The position numbers were made by a program, and so were the translations under genes. This document shows, one piece after another, positions 1-14,380 of a DNA stretch of 64,000 nt. Every line of letters starts with the position of its first letter. Position 1 is the stretch's first letter. The DNA lies in NCBI GenBank assembly GCA_013239625.1, contig MU053911.1, forward strand, positions 238,132 to 302,131, in the 5' to 3' direction. A model generated the notes under the pieces. That model was not told where the DNA came from. It did not search any database and saw nothing but the letters and a program-made list of their open reading frames with translations. Source of the DNA: Lama guanicoe. Lineage: Eukaryota.

Positions 1-700
1 TGCGGACGCAGGTTTCGCCTCTGCCCCCGCCTGGGTGCTCAGCGCTGGAGAATATGGCAGCTCTGCCTGGGCCTCGCCCCTCTTCCCCTGAAAAGTTTCC
101 GCGGGTTTTCAGAGATGGGGGTATGCACCCTTCCCCCGAGAGCACATCAACCTTGCTGTTTTATGGAGGGCCCAAGTTGTTCTGCCCTGTGCACCCACAG
201 CCACTGCGCGCAGCCCCTTGCAGTCCCCCGGGGCTGCCTCCGTGCAGCCTCCCCGTCCTCCGCCCGGCTTGTGCAGCCTGGCCCTGCCCGCCGCTGCCGG
301 CCCGCGTCTCAGGCTGGGTGTCGGGGGGACGCTCTGTGCCCGTTTAACTTAGTTCTGTCAGACAAGGGCTGCTCTGTACAGATCCGAGCCTTGCAGGCTC
401 CCCCTCCTTCCCGCTGGCCTCTCAGTTGGAGAGGGGAGACCCAGTGAGGGAGCGCCAGTCCTCCTTTGCCGCTCCCTCCCCGCGGGACCCGTCCCTTGCT
501 GCTTTGCCTTTTGTTCTTTCTTTTTTCCTTTTCTCCTACCAGATTTTTGGCGTCTTTATCTTTTGAAGAGGGCGATGTTCTGTCGGAGTTCCGCAGGTGC
601 TCTGGTTGGCCGAGTGGGTCTGTAGATGTGGGTCTTGGTGTATTTGTGGGAGAGGGTGACTTACAAGTGTCCTACTCCTCCATCTTGCCCGGAAGTCACA
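1..700. promoter_or_regulatory. CpG/GC-rich stretch, probable edge of a CpG island
   Basis: High GC and many CpGs (e.g. ccgcccgg, ccgctgccggcccgcg, ccgcggg); ETS-like CCGGAAGT near 689-696. No transcript evidence. Confidence 0.4.
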
Positions 701-717
701 TGTGGCCTTTATTAGGT

Positions 718-960
718 ACATTCCCTCTATATGTCGGACTTGAGAGATTTTACCATGAGTGGTGTTGAAATATGTCAGATTTTTTCTTCATCTATTGAGA
801 GTTTTATCCTTAATGTTGTCAATGGGGCATATCACATTCATTGATTTCCTTGCATCTCAGCGATAAATTGCATTTGATCATGGTGTATAATCCTTTGGAT
901 GTTCTCTTGAATTCTATTTGCTAGTATTTGGTTAAGAATGTCTGTGCTTGTCTGTCAAGG
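718..960 (-). mobile_element. Old L1 ORF2 fragment
   Basis: Antisense L1-type text (tgttgaaat...tcatggtgtataatccttt...tttgctagtattt); boundaries approximate. Confidence 0.6.
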
Positions 961-2189
961 ACTGGCCTGTTGTCTTTCTTGTGCTGCTGTTGTCTGGTCT
1001 GGCATCTGAGATGTGGGTGTGTGCAGTTCTCCTGCGGAAATGAGGCCTAGGTCAACAGCACGGGCTGTGGGGTGACAGGGTGGTGGTGATGGCTTGGGCC
1101 CCACGAGCAGGTGCAGTAGCAGCGTGACCTGGGGATGGTGGGTCAAGGTCACAGCTCTGGCAGTCACAGAGCAGCAGCAGGGCATCTAGGTGATGACCCA
1201 TTCGAGCCAGAACGTGGAGTGCAGAGCAGCAGGATCTTGGCCTCGTAATGGCCCTGGGGTGGGTCTCAGAGCAGCGGCAGCCCCTCTGGTTTCACAGGTG
1301 GAGAGGCGCTATGGGTTCTCAACCTCAGAGAATGGGACATGCCAGCAGGTGGGTCCTGGGGGCAGGTCTTCAGCACAGGGACAGGGACAGCACCTGCCCC
1401 GGGGAGTGATGGGGGAGGGGGATGGTAAGAGGGACTCCAGGCAGCCTGGTCAGCTCAGGACGAGCCTCGGTGCAGCTGTGGGGGTCTCCCATGGCGGTGA
1501 GGCTGCTGGGGACCTCTCCTTTCCCCACAGAGGCCACCTTGGGCTGGAGGACGAGCTGACTCAGGGGAAGTGCTTCCTACACTTCCTAGTGCAGCCACCC
1601 TTGGATTCTGAGCGCCTCCGAGTCTCTGCTGCTTTTCTTTGAGTGGAGCTCCCTGGGGCTGTTCTCATTGGTTTGTTGTGCCGGTTGCTTCCACGTGGGA
1701 GGCGAGCACGGGCTCCTGGCCCTCCGCCTTTATTGTTGTGTATTCAAAGAAATCATGCATTTTTTTTACTCCTTTATTTTTCAAAGCATAATAATAAATC
1801 TTGAAAATCTTTCCGGATCAGCACATCCAAAGCAGCCTAATTCCTTTCCAGTCCTTTGTATTTGTGCATTTCAAAGTTTGTGTAACTGGGCCTTTGTGTA
1901 ACTGGCACTTTGCTGGTTTCCAGTTTGCAATCTGGTTACAGTGTTGCAGCAAACGTCCCTGGTGTCGACAGCCATGTGTCGTCCACTCTGGACCCCACGA
2001 GCTCACAGAGGAGTCCTCTCCTCGGAAGAGCTGCGCGGATTTCTTTTGATACCTTTCTTTTGCAGCTCAGAAATTGATTTTCATTTAAAACTTTTTTTTT
2101 GAAGAACTGTAGATATATTATGCATGTACATTTTATGTATTCTAAAAAACGAAATTCTAGTGAATTTGAACCTTTTAAATTCCTCTGTC

Positions 2190-2350
2190 AGTGCTTCTCA
2201 AGGTGTGGTCTCTGGACTAGCAGCTTGGGCATTAATTGGAAACCTATTAGAAATACACATTTGTGGACCCCATCTCAGATCTACTGAAACAGAAGCTGTA
2301 TGTTGGTTCAAGCCCACTAACCGGCCTTAACAAGCTCTCCGGGTACTGTG
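2190..2350. mobile_element. MER5-like hAT DNA transposon fragment
   Basis: cagtgcttctcaag...tagaaat...cagatctactgaa...ttaacaagctctcc resembles MER5A as recalled. Confidence 0.55.
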
Positions 2351-2484
2351 ATGTGAACCGTTTCTGTGCAAACAGGGAGTCAGACCTAAGTACTCCTTTT
2401 CCATTTCTATTGTTAATACTCATATTTGACAGTGTTTTTCATATAAAAATTGTGTCAACTATAATGAAATTAAACTTTTGTGGC

Positions 2485-2760
2485 ATTTTTTAAATTGCGG
2501 TATAGTTGATTTACAACGTGTTAGTTTGAGGTGTACAGCAAAGTAATTCAGTTATACACACTTAAAATAACCTATAATGGAAAAGAACCTTAAACAGAAT
2601 ACATGAATACATGTATGTAGGATATTGAATCTAGTTCCCTGTGCTGTGCAGTAGGTCCTTGCTGTTCATCTATTTTATATACAGTAGTGTGTGTCTGTTA
2701 ATCCCGAGCTCCTGATTTATACCCACGGCCCCACTTTCCCCTTTGGTCACCATAAGTTTG
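2485..2760 (-). mobile_element. L1 3'-end fragment
   Basis: tatagttgatttacaa...gttccctgtgct...ccctttggtcaccataagttt is an antisense L1 3' UTR. Confidence 0.65.
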
Positions 2761-3061
2761 ATAAAACTATTTTTTTTAATCCCACAATAACTTTCCTTTA
2801 AAGTGCCACGTACAGCTGCCCAAAAACCTCTACCCCGCCCACACTTCTGAGGATAAATAAATAACGAGCAGATTTGTGGAGACAGTAGTGAAACTGCGGG
2901 AGTGGAAGCCTTACGAAAACAACATGGCCTGGAGCCCACGGTGCGTCCTGAACGGCAGCAGGAGGTGCCGCTGCCCATGGAGTGCTCTGATCGGCAGCAG
3001 GTGAGTTTGAATGTTTGAACTGCTTTTCCTTTTTTCTAATTTTGAAAGTATCACAGTCGTC

Positions 3062-3182
3062 TTTTGTTAGGGGAGAGTGTAGGTTTATTGATATTTTTAA
3101 TTAAGACGCTGAGGATGGAACCCAGGACTGCATGCATGCTAAGCACGTGCTCTACCACTGCGCGCCACTGTACCCTGCTCCC
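3062..3182 (-). mobile_element. tRNA-derived SINE (camelid vic-1-like)
   Basis: Reverse complement of the shared head gtggtagagcacgtgcttagcatgcatg..tcctgggttc. Confidence 0.75.
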
Positions 3183-6100
3183 TACAGCTGTCTTCTAAAT
3201 TTCAAACGATGAAAATACTCCCGATTCAAGATGGTACTGTTCAAACACTGCACGACCAACGTCAAAAAGGAAAGGAAGGAAACATAAATGCCTTGTGACA
3301 GGAACCTCACTGACACGTGAGAGCCAGTCTGAAGGGGTGCAAACACAAGTGATGGGAGTGGTAACCGTGAGTCTTGCCTATCAGTGTTAACAGCACTGTT
3401 ACTAACATCAGTCTTACAATTGTAATAAATATACATTACATATTTTATTAATATGAAAATCAGCATTATTGGTAATGTTCATAATGATAAAGGTGTTTCT
3501 AACCACAGTTGGACTGTGCTCTGGAAAGCGTAAGTAGCATTAGATGGGACTGCCTTAAATCCAGTTTGGGTTATTACTGACACAGGCATTTTAAACTTAC
3601 ATAGAATCCTTTTGTATCTTGAATGTTACGTTGCCGCAGCAGGAATTAGAGCAATGAACAATACTAACCTAAGTATTTCGGAGTTCTGTTGTGTATCAAC
3701 ATTGAATAAGGAAATACTGGATTTCTACAAAGACAATATAATATAAAGTAGAATAAAATGAATGAAATAGTGGTTATCCCCTATAATCTCTCACTATACA
3801 GATATTTATACTTTACACAGCAGTAAAAATATGTACAACATACATAAAAAGAAATCATGAATTGAGCATGAAGTATCAGTCAAGAAAATAAACAGTAATC
3901 CTTCCCTGATGACATTATTTTCTGAAGCTTCCAAAGATCCCAGAGATTATATAAAAATGAAATGTATTAATAACTTTTGTCAAGGTTTTGGAGAGAACAT
4001 ATGCAGGAAAGAGAATTGTGGCTAAGTTGCCACTACCTGGATTGTGAGCAATGTAAATTTTATGCTTCTTTGTGGAATCACTTTTCCCACATGAGTTTTA
4101 GTTCGGCACGGCAGCCCGCCCCCATCAGTGCCGCGTCTGTCTGCTTCTGTGCACTGTCCAGATGACACTGGGTAGAATTTATGTTATGTGATCATCTGAT
4201 TAAATGAGCTAATGTGTGTGCTACAGCAGTGCTGACTTTCAAGCCTGTCCACAAAGTGAGACCCCCCTGGGGTGCTCTAAAGACCACGCGCTCTCGGCCC
4301 CAGTTAAAGCAGACTCTAGAGGTCACTTGGACGTGCAGCCCGTGTGGACATCACTATGCTTCTACTTGATGTTTTAAGGGAAGTCAACTAATACCTCAGC
4401 CCATATACAAATGGTTGCGGCTGATTTTTTTATTTTTTTAATCTGAATCTTAAAGCCACTGGCAGAGGGGGGCCCAAAAAATAGACAGTCTGTCTTGGCT
4501 TCACGTTGATGTTCCTCCCAGACACCTCTTCCCGGGCAACCACAGCCCGCTCCCCAAGACTCCCTTGTGGTAACGGACGTGTTCTGTACCTGGGCCCTCC
4601 AGGACGGGTGCTGTGAGCCACCCACAGCTACTGAGCTCTTGAAATGTGGTTGGTAGGGCTGAGAATCTAGAGGTTAAGTTTTTTATTTAATTTTACTTTG
4701 CTGAAATCTAAGTAGCTGGCAGACTTGTGGCTCCTACGATGGAGAGACAGCACACAGCTCGAGGACTGCCAGTGATCTGAGAGCCTGACAGTCAGGGCTG
4801 GGGAGGGCAGGGGGCTGTTCAGCAACCTCCCTGCTGATCAGCGCCAGGTGCAGCTGTGTGCAGCTCCCGGAGAGGTAGGAACTGGAGTGGGATTTCAGCG
4901 GAGCTGCTGGAGATGGGGGGGGGGTGCTTTTCTTAGGACGGCAGGGCGGCCCTCAGTAGCGGGCAGGAGACCTCAGCCTCGACCAGGGACTCTGAGCAGC
5001 TTGCATTAGTCCAGGATTAATGGGCAAAAGTGAGTAGGATCTTTGGAAGGCATGGCTGCCATCAACGATCAGGCAGGCCAGACAGAGATCACATTGATGC
5101 TTCAAGTAAACTGAAAAAGCTCCAGACCGTGTGTATCCCTTTCATCTCTTGAATACCTTTGTGCTCTGGCTGTTCTAAAGGCAGTGAGATGCAGAAGACA
5201 GACCTGGACTGCCTCAGCCAGAGGGTTCTGAGAGGCCCACTCTGGTGTGTAAATTAGAGTATCATCTTTATAAACAAGCTCTGTGCAGAAGCTAGAAGAA
5301 AAATTTTTTGTTCATAAAAATTACAGGCTCACTGACACTGTCAAGGCGCACTCAGGTGGCAGGAGCGCCTGCAGCACGCCATTTTCTGTCTGTCGCCATC
5401 TCTAATCAGCAGCTGATGTCCCGAATACTCAGTTCCAAAGTCTCTCATAGAGCTGGTCCAGGGGAACTGAGACCCAGCAGGAGCAGAGGGTAATCTAAGT
5501 GCAGCCATTTGACACCTTAGTATTAATGAGAGGAAAACATCTTCCCAGAAGAACAGGAGGCTTGACTTTGGGGAGGGTTAGGGAGCGCACTTCCCCTGCC
5601 GTGTGTTGGCAGCTACCTTTGTGTACAGGGCCCTGGTGTCCGGTGCTGAGGGTGAGAGTGTTCTCTGGGAGGTCCGCCAGCACCAGCAGATATCACAGTG
5701 AGTCAGGGGGCGGGGGCGATGTGCACTTTCTGATCAGAAAACAGTTCTCAGTATGCTGTGCCCTTCTCTGGGGCGGTGAGCGCTGCACTGGTAAAATCTC
5801 TAAATAGTATTTTGAAAAATGCCATGTACTGTGAAATATAGTCTAATGATGAGAAATGCACAAAACTTGAGTTTTAGAAATGCTTATGTGTATATCAGAG
5901 GCTGAATTAAGTGAAAAATCCGGTAACTGTTTATTTTCAGAACTCTTCTTTACTGTCTGGAACAAACGAGGAACTCGAAGATCAAAGCCTCTGTGTTGCC
6001 AATGGTAAGAAAGGACTCTGTGCTGAAGTCCTCCTGGCTTCTGTTCACTAATGTCCCAGCAGTGCCTCTGCTGTGAAAGCAATTAAACGAAACGTGTGCT

Positions 6101-6839
6101 CCGCATGTTCTGATACTGTCATGGTTATTTAAGGGTCAGTTATTTGCAGAGCCGTTCTTTATGACACTGTGTAAAGCCGCCTCCATACATTTACACGTCC
6201 AGGTAGAGAAACTGAATTCAGAAAAGAACTTGCTTTTGTTTCCTTGTTTAATATTAAAACTGAAATTCACTGAAGAGATCAAAGCCTTTAGTATTTATAT
6301 AATATTTACTAAACCTAGTGAGACTTACAAATCATACTAGTAACTCTAGCTGAACTATAAGAGATTATTTATAAACTCAAAGAACTTATTCCATGTGAGA
6401 GTGTTATTAATACCAAGTTTCACTGATACTGGTGTTAAAGGGACACTGAAAAGAATGGGAGGAAAAAACTTGTAAATACTGGCTGAGTTTTAATAGCCTG
6501 GTGTCTTTGTTGTTTTGTTTTATATTTTTGGCCCTGAGATTGGTGAATTTTCATTCCTGTTTTTATCTAATCATGTGCTTCTTTTTATGTGAAGCTTTAT
6601 TTATTATATTTTTACCAGCTTCTAATATTTCTAAATAGTATTATTAAATATTTTGGTTCCTTATCTGTTTGAAAACCCAAATGAAATAAAACTAAATAAT
6701 GCTCTTATGTATTTAGATTTTTCCCAGTATCCAGAATTACTGCAGCATTTCAAACCATGCTTATTATCACTATTGCGTTAGTGAAAACAGTGTCAGGAGG
6801 TATTTAAAGTTCTACAGTTAAGGATTTAATCTCTTGGCT

Positions 6840-7760
6840 CAAGAAATGAAAGAGGAATTACAACCAATACCACAGAAATGCAAAAAACCCTAGGAAAATG
6901 CCGTGAACTAGAAGCATAAAGCACACCAAAACTGAATCAAGAAGAAATACATAATTTGAACAGACAGATCAGCAGAAGTGAAACAGAATCTGTGATTTAA
7001 AAAACTCCCTGCAAACCAAAGTCCAGGACCAGATGGCTTCCACTGGGGAATTCTAGCAAACATACAAAAGAAGAGCTCAAATCAACCCTTCACAAACTCT
7101 TCCAAAAGACTAAAGGGGGGGGGGGATACAGCTCAGTGGTAGAGCTCATGCCTCACACGCACGAGGTCCTGGGTTCAATCTCCAGTACTGCCATTACATA
7201 AATAACCTAATTACCTTCCCCCACTAAAAATAAAAGACTAAAGAAGAGGGAACACTCTCAAACTCATTCTGTGAAGCCACCATCACCCTGACACCAAAAC
7301 CAAACACACTACTAAAAAAAAATTACAGGCCAATATCACTGATGAACATAGATGCAAAAGTCCTCAATGAAATATTAGCATACAGTATCCAACGGCACAT
7401 AAAAAAAGATCATACACCATCATCAAGTCAGATTCACACAAGGATGGTTCAACACACACAAGTCAGTCAACGTGATACCACATCAATGAGGGAATGGACA
7501 AAAATCACGATCATCTAAAAAAAAGGCTTTGATAAAATGCAACATCTACTCATGATTAAAAAAAAAAACCAAAAAACTCTTTTACCAAAGGGGTTATAGA
7601 GGGAACATAGCTCAACATAATAAAAGCTACTTAGGACAAACCCACAGCCAGCATAGTACTCAACAAAATGGCCATACTGCCCACCCAAGGCAACTACAGA
7701 TTTCGTGCAGTCCCTATCAACGCACCCAGGACGTTTTTCTCAGCACTAGAACAAATCCTA
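6840..7760 (+). mobile_element. L1 ORF2 fragment interrupted by a SINE
   Basis: Decayed RT-region text (ccaggaccagatggcttc, aactcattctgtgaagcc, gatgcaaaagtcctcaa, aaacccacagcca). Confidence 0.8.
7116..7231 (+). mobile_element. tRNA-derived SINE (vic-1-like) with 12-bp target-site duplication
   Basis: A box (agctcagtggtagag), B box (gggttcaatctcc) and A-rich tail; AAAAGACTAAAG at 7104-7115 and 7232-7243. Confidence 0.9.
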
Positions 7761-8689
7761 ATATTTATATTATATATATTTTTTCATTGTCCGTTACAGC
7801 CAAGGATGTTATTTAATTTCTGAACGCAATCAATGTAAAAATGACTAATGACATAGTTTATATTCCCTTTCTGGTATTGAGCTCCCAAAACCCATCTTGT
7901 GCTTCTCACTTACAGCACAGCCTGACTTTCTAAGGGGAATTGTATCCAATATACCTACTCCATATTTAGATTTTTGTAAGATTCACAGCTGTAAAATGCG
8001 ATTCACATGTCTCAATTGTTCCAAACATACTTAACCATTTTCCACTTAAAGATCCTGTCAGGTGAATAATGAGAAGTTCCATGTTTGGCCTAGTAACAAA
8101 GTGGTGATTGTGCCCTTACCAGGTGGAAACCCCCAAACAATGGTGAAGTCCGACGGAAGGGTGGGGAGGTCTGAGGAGGTTGGAGGTGAGATGACAGAGA
8201 CACACAATCAAATGACCTTTCTCAGTGGTTCACAACTCAGGAGTGGAAGAATGGTGGCTGAGAGCCCCAGGAACATGAGGTGACAGGTTTCTGTGGAGTT
8301 TGGAGAGATCTGAAGGTATTTAAATGCTGATGGAAAGATTCAGTAGAAAAGGAGAGGTTGAAAATACCGAGGTATTGTGTCAGGATCATGAATTTACTAA
8401 GAAGGATGAAGGGATGAGGACCAGATCACCACTGGAGGAGAAAGAAAAGAAGTTTGTATCAATATAATCAGAAGAAATTTGGGAACAATGGAATCTTAGA
8501 GATATTTGCAGATCTCGCAACTACTGGGGTAAAATTTCCACCTAGTAGTTAGCAGCTTCTCTGTGAGATACCCGACAAGTTAAGGAACAGGATGTGTGTG
8601 TGAAGGAAAAAGGAAATTGGAGAACACCTGAAACAGACTTTGGAAAAAAATCAGAAAGTAAACATGCCAGCACATACAAAGAAAGTTAA

Positions 8690-9340
<651 letters not shown>

Positions 9341-9426
9341 TGGTGCCAATGAAATTCCGCATGGCGCTTTATTCATGTCTCTTTGCAGCGTTCTTGCTTT
9401 GAGTTTGTGAAACTTTAAGATATGCT

Positions 9427-9432
9427 AATAAA
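9427..9432 (+). terminator. Polyadenylation signal of the MBD3L1-like gene
   Basis: AATAAA about 87 nt after the stop codon. Confidence 0.6.
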
Positions 9433-10167
9433 AAAATTTAAACAACAACTATACTTTAAAAGAGAAAAAAAAAGGTATACTAATACTTTCCTTTATTGTA
9501 AACTCATTTATGTAACATAGAAAACAAAGACAGGGCTTTCTGGGGTAAGAAATTGAGTTTCAGGCGGGGAGAGAAAGATGATCTTACCTCTGTGTTGTTG
9601 TTTCATTTCTGTTCAATTAGTATGTTATTTATCTGTGTTTTAAAGTTAACAGTTACCAAAGTCATGGGATTGATCAGGTTGTGGCCCTCACAGTTACAGA
9701 GCACCAGCTACCTAGTCAGAATGGGTTATTCGTTTGAGGTGATATTCCGCAATAGATCCCAAAACATTTCAATGGGTTTGAACGGATTTTATATCTGTGT
9801 TCTCAAGTAAGATATCTATTTCTATTTTTCTGGGGTTTGTTGCATGTAATGAAAGGCCAGACTTTCCCTTTTTTCGTAGATCTGTATGTGTTTGAAGTTT
9901 GATTCATGAAAATCGACATGCCACTGGGGGGACCCATGCTACCAAGAGAGACTATTTGCAGCATCATTAATCTAACAAGAAGCCTGAGCTTGGTTGTATC
10001 CATTTGTCTATTTGCCTGGTCACGTGGGTTGTTCTAGTCAGATTCTCTTCATCATTACTTACTTTTGCCTGATGGATTTATCAGTTTCTTGGAGAGATGT
10101 GTTAAAAAAAAATAAGACTATATGTATATCTTCCCTAAACCGAGTTATATTAAAATGGAATCTTCTT

Positions 10168-10325
10168 GGGGAGGGAGGGCATAGCTTAAGTGGTAGAGTG
10201 CTTGCTTAGTGTGCATGAAGTCCTGGGTTCAATCCCCAGAACTTCCATTAAAAAACAAACAAACAAACCTAGTGACCTCACCCCCCCAAAATTTTAAAAT
10301 ACATAAAACAATAAAAAATAAAATA
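10168..10325 (+). mobile_element. tRNA-derived SINE (vic-1-like)
   Basis: ggggagggcatagcttaagtggtagagtgcttgcttag...gggttcaatcccc with A-rich tail; imperfect TSD taaaatggaatcttct / taaaattgtatcttct. Confidence 0.9.
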
Positions 10326-10383
10326 AAATTGTATCTTCTCTACCATGTGGTAATCATCCAGAACTTTAGTTAGAATGTCTTTT

Positions 10384-10797
10384 ACCATTTGCAGCAACAC
10401 AGATGCTCCTGAAGAATGTCATTCTAAGCGAAGTAAGCCAGAAAGAGAAAGAAAAATACCATATGAAATCGCTCGTATGTGGAATCTAAAAGAAAAAAAA
10501 AACACAAAGCACAAATACAAAACAGAAATAGACTCATAGACATAGAATACAAACTTGTGGTTGCCAAGGGGGCAGAGGGTGGGAAGGGATAGACTGGGAT
10601 TTCAAAATTGTAGAATAGATAAACAAGATTATACTGTATAGCACAGGGAAATATATACAAGATCTTATGGTAGCTCCCGGAGGAAAAAAATGTGACAATG
10701 AATATATGTTCATGTATAACTGAAAAATTGTGCTCTACACTGGAATTTGATACAACATTGTAAAATGATTATAAATCAATAAAAAAATGTTAAAAAA
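10384..10797 (+). mobile_element. Young 5'-truncated L1 (3' UTR and A tail)
   Basis: Near-identical to the L1 3' end at 62940-63342; imperfect TSD agaatgt[c/a]tttt. Confidence 0.85.
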
Positions 10798-11059
10798 GAA
10801 TGTATTTTGACGTCTTGTTTTAAAACCAATCATTATTTAGCCACACTGATTTTTTTTCTTTTCCTCATGACTCCTTTTATGTTTTGGGGGCTTCACATCG
10901 CTTCCTCATGATGTGCATTCTTTACTGGTTCACTTCACGTGGGCCAGGAGCACAGACAGCCTTTCAGAACTCCCCAGACGTGGAGACTGAAGGAACGTTC
11001 ACAGGCAGTCCAAAACCCCAGGAATGTGGCAGTCTTTATCTTAATTTTTGATTTTTTTT

Positions 11060-14000
11060 AGGTTTTACTTCCATTTTGTTTTTATTTTTACTTCCAGTTT
11101 TATTGAGATATAATTGACAAGCAGCACCATGTAAGTTTAAGGTGTGCAGCACAACGATTTGACTTATGAAGTGATGACCACAGTCAGTTTAGTGAACATC
11201 TGTCATCTCACCTAGGTGCAACATTAAACAGGAAAAAAAAAACTGTCCTTGTGTTGAGAACTCGATCTACTCTCTTAACAACTTTCATACCTAACATGCA
11301 GTATGTTAATTCTCTTTACCATGTCGCACACCCCTAGTACTTATTTATCTGAGAACCAGAAGTTTGTATCTTTTGACCGCCTTCATCCAATTCCCCTACC
11401 CCTTCCTCCCTGACTGTAGCAACCACAAATCTGATCTCTTTTTCAATGAGTTTCTGCGTTTGCTTGTTTGTTTCTCAAGTATAATCAACCTGTGAAACTA
11501 TGTTAGTTCCTGGTACACAACATACTGCTTCAGTATTTCTATGCATTTCAAAATAATTACCATGGTAAGTCTAGCGGTCATCTGTCACCATTCAAAATAC
11601 AAAGTTACTGACTATATTCACCATACTGTACATTTCATACCAATGAATCATGTATTTTTTAATCTGAAATTTTAATCTCTCTCACCTATGTCTCTCCTCC
11701 CTCCATCCTTTCTCCTCTGGAGAGTTTCTCCTCTGCTATCCATGACTCTGTTTCTGTTTTGTTATGTTTGTTCATTTGCTTTGTTTTTTAGATTCCACAC
11801 ATAAGTGAAATCGTACAGTATTTGCCTTTCTCTGATTTATTTCCTTCATAATAATACCCTCTAGGTCCAAACATGTTTTTGCAAATGACAAGATTTTATC
11901 CTTTTTTATGGCTGAGTAGTACTGCATGATATATATATATATAATACATGTATATTATATAGAGTATTCCATATATATTTATATAGCAAATAAAAGCACA
12001 CATGAAGTCAGGTGCATGCATACAGCTTAACAGCTGTGTGTTACTAAGTTGTTCTTCCAGAAGAACAGCATAAATATCCTTGAGGTGAAAACAGAACTTT
12101 TCAAGTGCTACTGAAATTCAGCAGAGAATTAAACTTGAGTGCTCACTTCATCACTTTAGCAATATTCTAACCTGTATTGGCAAAAGATATACTTTTAATT
12201 TTTAAAAGAACAATAAAATCAAGAGAAACTGAGATATAGATACAGATAGAGAGCTCACATCTGCCTTATCCATTCATCTACTGACTGGATTGACTGGCAT
12301 TTACATTGCTCCTATATCCTGGCTGTCACAAGCAGTGTTGCCATGAATATAGGGGTGCATATATCTTCTCAAAGTAGCTAAATGCTTAGGAGTGTAATTG
12401 CTGGCTTGGATGGTAGTTCTATCACTAATTTTTGAGGACTCTCCATAATGTTTTTCATATTGGCTGCACAAATTTACATTGCCACCAACCGAGTATTAAG
12501 AGTTCCCATGTCCCCACATCCGTACCAACACTATTTATTTGTTGTCTTTTTGAGGACAGCCATTCTGACAGGTGTGAGGTGATAACTTCACTGTGGTTTT
12601 TGACTTGCACTTTCCTGATGATGAGTGATGGTGAGCATCTTCTCACGTTCCTGCAGGCCATCTGTATGTCCTCTTTGGAAAAAATGTAAGGTCCTGCATA
12701 TTTTTTAATAGGTTTTTTTTTAAGTCAAGCTGCATGAGTTATTTTGGGTTTTTTTTTGCATAAGTTCTTTATATATGTTGGATACTAACCCCTTGTTGGA
12801 CACACCGTTCGTAAATACATTATCTCATTTAGTAGGTGGCCTTTTCATTTTGTTGATCATTTCTTTCACTGTGCAAACGTTTTTTAGTTTGATATAGTCC
12901 CATTTGTTTATTTTTATTCTCATTTCCCTTGCCTGAGGAGGCAGTGCCAAAAAAAGAGAAAATTCCTAAAACCGGTGTCAAAGAGTATACTGCCTATGTC
13001 TTCTAGAAACTTTATGGTCTCAGGTCTTACATTAAAGTCTTTATTTAATCCATTTTGAATTTACTTTTGTATATAGTATAAAAGGAGTCCAATTTGATTC
13101 TTTTGTGTGTAGCTGCCTACTTTTCTCAACACCGTTTATAGAAGAGGCTGTCTTTTAACCATTGTATATTCTTGCCTCCTTTGTTGCAAGATTAACTATC
13201 CTTATAAGTTTGGGGTTATTTCAGTGCTGTCTATTCTGTTCCATTGATCTATGTGTCTCTGTTTTTGTGCCAGTACCACACTGTTTTGATTACTATAGCT
13301 TTGTAGTAGAATTTGAAATCGGGAAGATTGCTACCTCCTCTTTTTTCTTCTTACTAAGACTGTGTTGGCTGTTTGCAGTCTTTTGTGTTTCCATACACAT
13401 TTTAGAAGTACTTGTTCTAGGAGGGAGGGTATAGCTCAAGTGGTAGAGGGCATGCTTAGCATGCAGGAGGTCCTGGGTTCAATCCCCAGTACCTCCTCTA
13501 AGAATAAATAAATAAACCTAATTACCTCCACCACCAAAAAAATTACTTGTTTTAGTTCTGTGAAAAATGTAATTGGTATCTTGATAGGGACTGCATTGAA
13601 TCTCTAGATTGTTGTACATGTCCTGATCTTGGAGAACTGGCCTTCTGTCAGAAATGCCCAGGGGGCTTTAGCACATGCCCCGCTGAAGCAGAACTACATT
13701 CCCTAGGAGTGCCCCTCTGTGGGCTGCATGGGTCCTACTGCTGTGGTGGAGTGACAACTGTAAACATGCTGGTAGGTATGGTTGGCCCCCTGTTTGCATG
13801 GTTGAAGTCCCTGCCTTGTGTGAAGGATACTGGTCGTTGGTGGGTGAGGCTGGGTCCTGGCATGCTGGTTGCTTGGCCAGAGGAGGTCTTGGTGCTGGCT
13901 CACTGGTGGATGGAGCTTAGTCCCAGCATGGTTGGCTGCAGGCCCAGGGGTCCCAGAACTAGTGTGCTGCTGTTCATGGGCAGGACCATGGCCTGGAGGC

Positions 14001-14380
14001 CCCAGGGTTGGTGTTGCCCTGCTGGTGGGGATCCCAGTTCCTGACACGGCTGGCTGTGGGGTCTGCTGTGCCCAGGAAGTGGTGATGGTCCACTTGTGCA
14101 TGGGTCCAGATCCCAGAGCAGCTGGCTGAGGGGCTCAAGGTGTCCCGGAGCTGGTGCTGGCTGATGTAGGATGGAGCTGTTTCCCACCCACTAGTGGGTA
14201 ATGTCACGCCCTAGGGCTAGTGCCAGCCCACTGATGGGTGGACTGGGTCCTGGGTTCTATGGCTTGGGACCTGAGGATGCTGGTGCTGGTGGGTGGGGCA
14301 AGGACCACAGTGGGTGCCAGGGCTGGTGCTCACCTAACTGTTGTGCAGGGCCAGGCAAACCTGAGGAGTTTAGGTGTCTT
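11060..14380 (-). mobile_element. Fragmented L1 (3' UTR, ORF2 end, GC-rich 5'-type region) with a SINE inserted
   Basis: Antisense L1 text throughout; ORF 12455-12661 (IIRKVQVK..HLSEWLSSKRQQIN) is L1 ORF2 C-terminus-like. Confidence 0.75.
13421..13543 (+). mobile_element. tRNA-derived SINE (vic-1-like)
   Basis: gagggagggtatagctcaagtggtagag...gggttcaatccccagtacctcc; flanks tacttgttctag / tacttgtttttag. Confidence 0.9.

Noticed and set aside
7116..7190. tRNA-Ala-like sequences here and at about ten other sites
   Set aside because: They are SINE heads with A-rich tails, TSDs and divergent stems, not tRNA genes.
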